DNA of 64,000 nt, taken from the human T2T-CHM13v2.0 reference genome, Homo sapiens. The translations under genes and the position numbers were made by a program. Shown here piece by piece: positions 53,618 through 64,000 of the stretch (positions within the stretch are counted from its first letter, which is position 1; every line of letters starts with the position of its first letter). The DNA lies in NCBI RefSeq assembly GCF_009914755.1, contig NC_060925.1, one strand, 5' to 3'. The notes below the pieces were generated by a model. It searched no databases and was not told the origin of the DNA. It saw only the letters and a program-made list of their open reading frames with translations.

Positions 53618-53809
53618 CAACATAGTATAAATGCCAGAACTTAAAAAGTTTTTGGGGAATAAGGCAAGCTTCACCATAATCTGTACTTCTTAAAATCAAA
53701 TAAGCCTTTCACTAAGCAGCTGAGGGGCAAAAGCACATTTTCATTTTAATGACTTATTGTGGAGATTAAACTGATTTGGCTCTAGGTATCAACCCCAAAA
53801 CATACTTAC

Positions 53810-54302
53810 TGCGTTTCCTGGCTGGCTTTCCTGCAGTTTGGCAACGGCAACGTTTTCCCTTTCTTCAGGTGCTACCTCAGCAACTCTTTCCCCATCAGTC
53901 CTTTCTTCTGTCTCTTTATCCTTATTCAGTCCAGCCCCAGTGGGCTCCTCTTCTATGGGTTCTTTACTCTCTGCCTTCTTCTCCTGGGTCTCTTCTGTTT
54001 CTGTAACCATCCTGCTTTCCATGTGCTCTTTGGACTCCCCCAGCTCAGCACATGAGTCTTCTAAAATATGCCTCCCAGAGTCAGTCACCGGGATCTGCAG
54101 TTGTTCTGGTGATCCATGGTCTGTATTCACTACTCTCGCCCTCTGAGAACCACTGGGAAATTTGGCTGCCATCTCGACACCATTGCTACCAATTTTTGGA
54201 GCATGGAAACCCATTCCTGAAGTGCTTGGTGCTTCTTCACTGTCATCATCTGAACTCTCAGAGTTGGACCCTTCTGCAGTCTCTAGTCCCTCCATGCCCA
54301 AC
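53810..54302 (-). CDS. SDE2: SDE2 exon 6 (acidic low-complexity region)
   Basis: TGACAG|G to GCA|GTAAGT. Encodes LGMEGLETAEGSNSESSDDDSEE...ESQPGNA; 493 nt. Confidence 0.96.
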
Positions 54303-54532
54303 CTGTCAGAAGCAACAGAAAGGTTTAACAGCGTTTGTAGCTTCTATTTAAAGCAAAGAGTTGGCTGGGCGCAGTGGCTCAGGCCTGTAATCCCAGGACT
54401 TTGGGAGGCCAAGGCAGGCAGATCACGAAGTCAGTAGTTTGAGATCAGCCTGGCCAACACAGTGAAACCCCATCTCTACTAAAAATACAAAAATTAGCCA
54501 GATGTGGTGGCATGCACCTATAGTCCCAGCTA

Positions 54533-54640
<108 letters not shown>

Positions 54641-55208
54641 TCAAAAATAAATAAATAAAGCAAAGAGTTATAGTTTGTTCAGGAAACAGAATCTGTTTCT
54701 GCTAGCTTGAGATGGAGAACAGGCAAATTTCGGAAAAAGATATTCTAGAGCTTATAAACAGAAGGAAAAAACATTTCAATGAGACTGGGACCAACTGTCC
54801 CAAAGATCCAAGAGGATCTCCTTTCTAAAGTCCTGAATCTCTAAAAGCAAAATTGATTTTGCTTAAAGCTTTCTTCCCCCGCATTACATTACCTTCGACG
54901 GTTGGAAATTAGATAAAATAATAAATAGTTGGCCGGGCGTGGTGGCTCATGCCTGTAATCCCAGCACATTGGGAGGCCGAGGTGGGTGGATCACAAGGTC
55001 AGGAGTTCAAGATCAGCCTGGCCAATATGGTGAAATCCCGTCTCTACTAAAAATACAAAAATTAGCCAGGCCTGGTGGCAGGTGCCTGTAGTCCCTGCTA
55101 CTCGAGAGGCTGAGGCAGGAGAATCACTTGAACCAGGAGGCAGAGGTTACAGTAAGCCATCATCGCACCACTGCACTCCAGCCTGGGGGACAGAGCAAGA
55201 CTGTCTCA

Positions 55209-55640
<432 letters not shown>

Positions 55641-57156
55641 TTACAGAGGTGTTTCCCAATAATAAATATTAATACACACACACACACATTTATAAATCCT
55701 ATGCTTGGGCTGGACGCGGTGGCTCACGCCTATAATCCCAGCACTTTGCGAGGCTGAGGCGCGAGGATCACCTGCTCAGGAGTTTGAGACCAGCCTAGGC
55801 AACATGGCAAAACCCTGTCTTCACAAAAAAATAAAAAAAATCAGCTGGGCATGGTGGTATGTACCCTAGCCCCAGCTACTCAGGAGGCTGAGATGGGAAG
55901 ATAGCTTAAACCTGGGAGGTCAAGGCTTCAGTGAGCCGAGATCGCGCCACTGCACTCCAACCTCAGCAACAGAGTGAGGAACCTGTCTCAAAAAAAAAAA
56001 AAACACACACAAAAAAAACACCCATGCTTTATTAATAATTACTCAAACCCAGAAATTACCCAAATGTCTACCAAATGGAGACTGGATAAACAAACTGTGG
56101 TACATTCACACCATGAAACGATACGGAGTGATAAAAAAGAATGAACTACTGATACATACACTACCATGGATGAATCTCTAAAGCTTTATATTAAGTGAGA
56201 GAAGCCAGACACTAAAGGCTATATGACATCCTAGAAAAGACTAAATCATAGTAACAAATATCACACTGGTGACCAATGGTTGCCAGGGTCTAGAGGTGGG
56301 GAAAAGGGACTTAACTGCAAAAGGGCACGTGGGAACTATTTCAGGTCATTAAAATACACTCTATCTAGATTGTGGTGATGGTAACGTGACTATATAGTAC
56401 ATATACATTTTTCAAAAGTCGTAGAACCAATCAACCAAAAAGGGTGAATTTTGCTATATATAAATTATACCTCAATAAACCTCATTAAAAAAATACAAAC
56501 CACAGGTAGTGTCACCACCCTTTCTCTCAGGAACACTTAATTCCCATTTCAGAAAGAACAAACATTGTATGCTGAACTCATAGTGTTATATGATCTTTGA
56601 TTAATAATTATCTGTTTATCCCCAAAGGGGATAAACTTATTTTCAAGAACTTGGCCCAAGGGAAGTCACTGGCAACAAGAGGACCAACTAGAGGGACAAG
56701 AGAACTATCAGAAAAATGGACAAGAAAAAGTACTGCTGTGCTTTTTACCCTCAAGTGCGAAAGTGGTGAAGAGAAGTCTGGCAAAGTGACCAAAGACCTC
56801 AATGATGACTGTGAAAAACCACAGACAACCACCTGGAAAGTACAGCTTGATTTCCACCTAGAATTTCTAAAAGTTAAACCCCTTCAACACCAAAAAAGTA
56901 ATTCAAATATAAAGCTATTTTTATGTTTCAGTGTAAGGAAAAAATTCATCCTTTACATTCAATTAATGGCATTCACAGCAGAAACCATTACCAGTACAAT
57001 GTGACAATCACTGAAACCTAAAGCTTGAAGCACTCTGGAAATTTTCTGAGCTCCCACCAAACACTACACAAAAATGTGTTTATGCCAGATAAACAAGGAG
57101 GAAATGTCTCAAGTCAGTCCTCAAAGATCAATTGGGAACGAAAGTGAAACACTTAC

Positions 57157-57277
57157 CAGAAGCATCTCCTCTTTCCCGCACTGGCTCCTCTGTCTGTTTG
57201 AGATTTAGTAGGCCATTGCCGTTTCCGATTCTCACTGATTTCTGCTGAAACCATCTTGCTGGAGGCAGCCTGCATAC
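57157..57277 (-). CDS. SDE2: SDE2 exon 5
   Basis: GGTTAG|GT to TG|GTAAGT. Encodes [41 protein letters not shown]; 121 nt. Confidence 0.95.
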
Positions 57278-57518
57278 CTAACCAGAAATTTTAACAACTC
57301 AGTTTCTACTATAGGGACTAAGTTTAAAGAAATCATAAATAACATGGATTGCAAAAAGAGCTGCAATCTACAGCTCCAGATTTAAATTTCTTAAGATACC
57401 AACATTTTATACAGTTAATCTCAAATTTACACAGATTTAAAATGATAAACATTCTAGTCTAGGAGCAGATTTTTTAAAGCACCACTGCACAATTTGTAAC
57501 CTTGAGACTGACAAGTTC

Positions 57519-57573
57519 ATACCCAGCCCTCCCCAAACCTAATTATTTATCCCTGCGTTAGTTATTTGCATAC
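57519..57573 (+). repeat. 55-bp direct repeat, copy A (partner at 59145-59198)
   Basis: ATACCCAGCCCTCCCCAAACCTAATTATTTATCCCTGCGTTAGTTATTTGCATAC versus ATACCTAGCCTTCCC-AAACCTAATTATTTATCCTTGTGTTAGTTATTTGCATAC. Confidence 0.92.
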
Positions 57574-57857
57574 ACTTGTCTTTTTCCTGTTATGTCATAA
57601 CCTTTTTGATGCAAAAAGATTGTTTCTTATTCGATTGTTCCCATACTAGGCCTGCCATGTTTTGGATGCTAAAAACAAAAGTTAATGAGAATCATTCACA
57701 TTAAAAACTGACTTAAAACTGGCAGCAAATTCTTTGAGGTCTAGACATCTTCTGAAGACTTAGCTTATCCCTAAACACAAACAAAAAATTTTCTTACCTG
57801 GGGCCCATGGCCCCATGGAATTCAGGGGTTAAATATGCCAAATGTTGGCTGGGCTCA

Positions 57858-58193
<336 letters not shown>

Positions 58194-58311
58194 TCAGACA
58201 TCTGTAACCTAAAAAAAGCTTAAGAACTGCTCTTTGTGCGTAGTGTAGAGCAGTCTGAACAGCTGGCTTCAGGGGTGCCAGCTGAACACACTAAGGAATC
58301 CTCATTCTCAC

Positions 58312-58481
58312 CTTTGAGGACGGAATCCTCCAGACGCTCAGCCATCTCATGGCACTGCTGCTGGTAGTCGGGGCTGGTGAAGCAGTGCTTGGGTTCTACA
58401 AGCTTCCGCTGCAGTCGCTCCAGCCGCTTCTGCTCCTTTTCAGCCTCTCGCTCGGCTTGTTGTTTTACCCATTCAGCCATT
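58312..58481 (-). CDS. SDE2: SDE2 exon 4
   Basis: CCCCAG|A to G|GTGAG. Encodes [34 protein letters not shown]...DSVLK; 170 nt. Confidence 0.96.
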
Positions 58482-58804
58482 CTGGGGATGAGGGAGGAAG
58501 AGATATAACTGAATAGATATATTACATATACACTTTTATATATAAAATGTCTCTGACGAATTAATGCACTTGTTCATACTGTGATATTCTCTTAGAAAGG
58601 TGAGCCATGCTTACTACTAGCATATGGTACTGAACTTAATCCCAAAGATGATTATTAAATTATGGAAAAGGTTAAATCTGATAATAAATTTGGATGTAAA
58701 TATTTTAAGTTTCCATTTCCAATATGCGTGGCATATGTATAATCACTACTAATAGGAAAGTATATGTCTCTCCTCAAAAACACAAAAAAAGGTGGGCATC
58801 TTAC

Positions 58805-58916
58805 GCTTTTTCATGATTGACATCGCGTAGTCTCCTTCCACTGAGATCCCGACAAGCTTCTCGATTGGTTGTCTTCTCAATCTGAGCACCAAGTGCTCGG
58901 AGCATAGATCCAAAAC
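58805..58916 (-). CDS. SDE2: SDE2 exon 3
   Basis: CTCAG|GT to GC|GTAAG. Encodes [38 protein letters not shown] (SDE2 domain); 112 nt. Confidence 0.95.
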
Positions 58917-59144
58917 CTGAGCAGATGTATTTGGAGAAAGCAGGTTAAAATGTGTTCAAGGATGGATAAAAGCAGAATTTGTGAAAACAATCTGTATCAC
59001 AAGATTAACAATGATCTCTACTTTCTTTCTTTTTTTTTTTTTTTAAGAAAAGATGAACATCAAGGTTCTAATTCAGGCAGCGAAAGTAAAAAGACTGATT
59101 TAACCTCATGCCTTTCACCTTTCATTTTATAGTTCTGAGATAAA

Positions 59145-59198
59145 ATACCTAGCCTTCCCAAACCTAATTATTTATCCTTGTGTTAGTTATTTGCATAC
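59145..59198 (+). repeat. 55-bp direct repeat, copy B
   Basis: Four C/T differences and one indel relative to copy A. Confidence 0.92.
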
Positions 59199-59306
59199 CG
59201 GTATAATACCTGTACAGCTAGAATATTTAAAAAGCTTTACCCAGGCCAGGTGCAGTGGCTCACGCCTGTAATCCCAGCACTTTGGGAGGCTGAGGCGGGC
59301 AGATCA

Positions 59307-59573
<267 letters not shown>

Positions 59574-60042
59574 TCAGATTAAGAACTTAAAAAGTATATA
59601 GTGAGATTTTTCAATGAGTTTAGAAGGAAAGGCAATTTTAAGCTCCACTGGCTGATATAACATGCTTCATTCATTCATTCTTTTTATCCCCCCTAAGAGA
59701 TGGGGCCTTGCTCTGTCATCCAGGCTAGAGGGCAATGGCTTGATGTAATCAAAGCTCACTGCAGCCTTGAACTCCTGGGCTCAATGGATCCTCTTACCAC
59801 AGCCTCCCAAGTTGCTAGGATTACAGGCGTGTACCGATGCAGCTAGCTATTTTTTTTTTTTTGTAGAGACCAAGGTCTCACCATCTTGCCCAGGCTAGTC
59901 TCAAACTCCTGGGTTCAAACTGTCCTCCCACCTTGGACTCTCAAAGTGTTGGGATTACAGGCATGAGCCACCATGCCTGGCCACATGCTTCATTCTTTTT
60001 TTTTTTTTTTGAGAGAGTCTCACTGTGTCGCCCAGGCTGTAG

Positions 60043-60138
<96 letters not shown>

Positions 60139-61179
60139 TAACACCACACCTGGCTAATTTTTATATCTCTAGTAGAGACGGGGTTTTGCCATGTTGGCTA
60201 GCCTGGTCTCGAACTCCTGACCTAGGTGATCCGCCCGCCTTGGCCTCCCAAAGTGCTGGGATTACAGGCGTGAGCCACCGTGCCCAGCCCACGCTTCATT
60301 CTTAATCATACAATTTCAAACAGCTGGATATAGTCTGAGATGTCAGCTCTCTGAAAACCAAACCAAATCACTGTAGATTTTGAGAAAGCTTAGGGATCAC
60401 ATGTTACTACATTAGGAGAAATACCAACAACTGTTTATATTGTTTTCGCTCTTTGTTATCTTTCCTAGTAGTTGTGTTAAACAAACAAAACCTTAATCTG
60501 CCTCAACTTATAAACAATTGTGTTTCCTAAGGTAACTTTAGACTTCCTTTGGAACTACAAAAACGAGACAAAATCCTGATTAAAGCAGAAGGAGATTTAG
60601 AAAAAAAACTCTTTATTCAGCAAATTGAACAGAATAATGGCCATCTCTCTTCATCTAATTTTCCCCCAAAGTTTTAGAGCCTAGGTTCCCTAAGAGCTAT
60701 CCAGCTGAACAAAGTGGGAATTGTATCACACAATATTTCTTCCTCGACCAAAATAAAAGACAGCCTGGGCAACATGGCGAAACCCCATCTCTACAAAAAA
60801 TACAAAAATTAGCTGCGCATGGTGGCATGTGCCTATAGTCCCAGCTACTGGGGAAACTGAGGTGGGAGTATTGCTTGAGTTCAGGAGGTCAAAGCTGCAG
60901 TGAGCCGTGATCGTACCACTGTACTCCAGCCTGGGCGACAAAACAAGGCAGTGTCTCAAAAGAAAGAAAACAAAAGAATAAGAGAGAAAATGTCCAAAAT
61001 CAGGTTAAGTAAATAAAAGAATTCATAAGGTAAAACAATATTGGCATACTAAAGAGACTAAGAAGGTTGTTAATTTAATACCATGGCTAAAGACAGCAAA
61101 TGTCAGCAGCAGAATATGAAAATAAATGAATAAAGACTGCAAATGTGTTACAACTAAGTAGTCAATGTTCAGGTCCTAC

Positions 61180-61297
61180 CTCCTTTTCCACCGCAAAGTC
61201 TGGGTTCCAAACTATAAACAGCTCCATGCTGCACTGTGTCACTGGTGTTAATGAGTGCTCCATTGCATTTCACAAAGAAGTTTTCCACTGGAACATT
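61180..61297 (-). CDS. SDE2: SDE2 exon 2 (ubiquitin-like fold ending RLCGG^KG cleavage site)
   Basis: Acceptor TCTCTAG|AAT at 61298/61297. Encodes [39 protein letters not shown]. Donor G|GTAGG; 118 nt. Not in the ORF track. Confidence 0.95.
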
Positions 61298-63326
61298 CTA
61301 GAGACAAATTTGTTTTTTTAATGCCTTTTATGAGATAATAATCTAAGTTTGTTACAAGAAGGGACCTAGCTGTCTTTTTATTACTCTGGTTACAACAGAG
61401 GGTGTTCAATTAATATTTGTTGAATTGAAAATGTAAACTACTAGGAGAAAAAGTCATTTCACATGATGCATTTTGGGTATAATTTTTTCCCAATATTACC
61501 TAATCATCACATATAGAAGAAACTTCAGTCTTTGCGGTGACAACAAAAACTGCTTCTTCTTCTCTGATAGGTAATCTGAGTCAAGGTAGAAGACTATGCA
61601 GGACTCAGATTAAATAACTGTGGAGGTCCCATTTTCTGACTTTCTTAAACAGGTAAAATTAAATTGAACATCAAAAGTAGTCCTCAATCCTAAAAAGTGC
61701 AGGTAGGAATAAGAAGTAGAGAAGGAAGGAGTCAAGAGTGTGGTTTTTAATACACCTATATAAGTACACCATAGGAGACATAAATACATGAAAAATGAGC
61801 AAAAATGAGCAAAGTTGCTGAAGATAGCCTAAGATGCTGGGCAGCCCCAGATTCTGTGTAGCTGCCCCAGAGCCTACATGAATCAATACTCTAAGCAGTC
61901 CTGTAACCCAGTAAAAGCCCACTCTGGACCAAGGAAATACAGAATTACCAAGCAGCACCAGGCTGGTGGATGTATGGAGACTGAGCTATGTGATTATAGT
62001 TCTCTATCACAGTCACTGCCCAGATGCCAGGGCAGAACAGGTGGAGAGATGGATTTATGCTGTCTGGGGTTCTCCCAGACAAATATAATGGCGGGAGAGA
62101 GGAGCAAGGGAGCTCAGGCTATCTGCAATGAGGTAACATGAACGACTATTCTTGTCTTTAAAATACTGTCTACCTCAAAGAGCTGTTGTAAACATTAAAT
62201 GAGATATGTAATACATTTTGTATCTGTTTAATGTTTACACATTAGAAGCCTTTTGTATGTCTAATGGGTATGGTATTTCTAAATAATTTTAAAAGATATT
62301 AATATGAAGGCAGAAAGTATACACCATGAAAATGATGTATACTTCATTTCCAAACAGAATGGCTTATTAAACAAAACAACTGATCAACAAAATTGCATTT
62401 TCTACTTAAGATTCTTGTCAATGAAGTCACAAGCAGAAAAAAGGATACAACATTTAGACTCAATTTAACTGCTTTTAACCATTTGTGCATTGTAAAGTGC
62501 TTCAAACACAAATTATCATGTGTGTTTTAGCACAACCAGCCTAAGGCTATCAGAGATAAACCTGTCAAACTTACTGATTCACTGCAACGAGGGGAACTGC
62601 ACACCAGGAGTCATGGGTATCTCACCAACCCAAAGAAAGGAGTGTCATTACAAGATTTGGGGCTAGGGTGGAGTTGAGGTGAAATTTACATCAAGCAGTG
62701 TTTAAAAAGGTTCAAAATAAAGCAGGACTGTATATAAAAACGTCAACATCAGATCTGGATTGTGAAGGCTCCTCTTTCCTTGGAAACTACAAATTTAAGA
62801 TAAATGTGGAAAGTTGTGTCCAGAAACCCTTAATGGGAAGCTCTGACCTGGGTTGGAAATCAAGAATGCTTCTCTACAAGGCAAGAGTGGGAAGGTTCCC
62901 TCTTATTGAGAGAACTTTAAACAGCAAAATTTCTTATATATTCTATGGTTTTTGAGACCAAGGTTTCTCAGTGAATAAGAAAGCAGCAGACCTTCGTGGG
63001 GGTCGTTATGACATTATGACACATCACCATTTCCTGTTAACTCTGCAGCTGTACATCGGTGTAGTGTGGGGGAAACAAAAACAAAAAACAAAAACTTTGC
63101 AGCTGGCTTTATCTGTGTCTGTTATCCCAGCCTGATGAAAAGCAGGGCAGATTTTTATTTTCTCAGTGGGAGTTAACACTAACTTCATCATGTCTCAGAA
63201 TAGTTTTGTTTTTAAAAACATAGGTGTGAACTTGAGCTATTCTTACTTGTTCCAGTATCTCAACTAATATTCTTTTGTGTTTCTATTCATATTTGCTATG
63301 GTCATGTTCCTTAAGTTTCTGACTGA

Positions 63327-63524
<198 letters not shown>

Positions 63525-64000
63525 TAGGAGAGATGGGGTTTCACCATGTTGCCAAGCTGGTCTCGAACTTCTGACCTCAGGTGATCTGCCCGCCTCGACC
63601 TCCCTAAGTGTTGGAATTACAGGCGTGAGCCACCACGCCTGGCCTATATTTCTTGCTTCCGATTTAAAAATTCTTTTTTCCAACATACCTCATGATTAAG
63701 ATCCTATTTTTTCTGGTTTCACTTTGGATCAATTGTCAGCAAGTTTGAAAACTGTACTCATAGGCCGGGAGGAGTGGCTCAAGCCTGTAATCCCAGCACT
63801 TTGTGAGGCTGAGGTGGGCGGATCACCCGAGGTCAGGAGTTCAAGACCTGGCCAACGTGGTGAAACCCCGTCTCTACTAAAAATACAAAAATTAGCCAGG
63901 CATGGTGGCGGGCGACTGCAATCCCAGCTATTTGGGAGGCTGAGGCAGGAGAACCGCTTGAACTCAGCGAGGCGGAGGTTGCAGTGGGCCGAGATCACGC

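Overview
Human (primate) genomic DNA, recognisably the 1q42.12 interval running from LEFTY2 to SDE2. It holds the complete four-exon LEFTY2 gene on the minus strand (366 aa reconstructed from GT-AG junctions) with its TATA box, poly(A) signal, a miR-302-family site and upstream FOXH1/SMAD regulatory motifs. A roughly 44-kb repeat-dense intergenic region follows, with many Alus, MIR/L2/L1 remnants, an NDUFA3 processed pseudogene, three solo LTRs (MLT2A, LTR5A, LTR12C) and a strong CTCF motif. The window ends with exons 2-7 of SDE2 on the minus strand; exon 1 lies beyond the right edge. I see no new protein-coding gene: nearly all other ORFs in the track are Alu, LTR, microsatellite or antisense artefacts. 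The most interesting unexplained structures are (i) a 182-bp locally templated insertion inside an Alu with a fold-back hairpin at its junction, plus other template-switch scars, (ii) a perfect 78-bp tandem duplication of a motif-dense unit 1.9 kb upstream of LEFTY2, (iii) a SMAD7-like SBE plus E-box module in the LEFTY2 promoter, (iv) a second FOXH1/OCT-motif cluster about 17 kb upstream, (v) an old L1 split by about six later insertions, and (vi) a 55-bp direct repeat and inverted Alus around the frame-neutral SDE2 exon 3+4 block. Repeat family names come from recalled consensus sequences and their boundaries are approximate.
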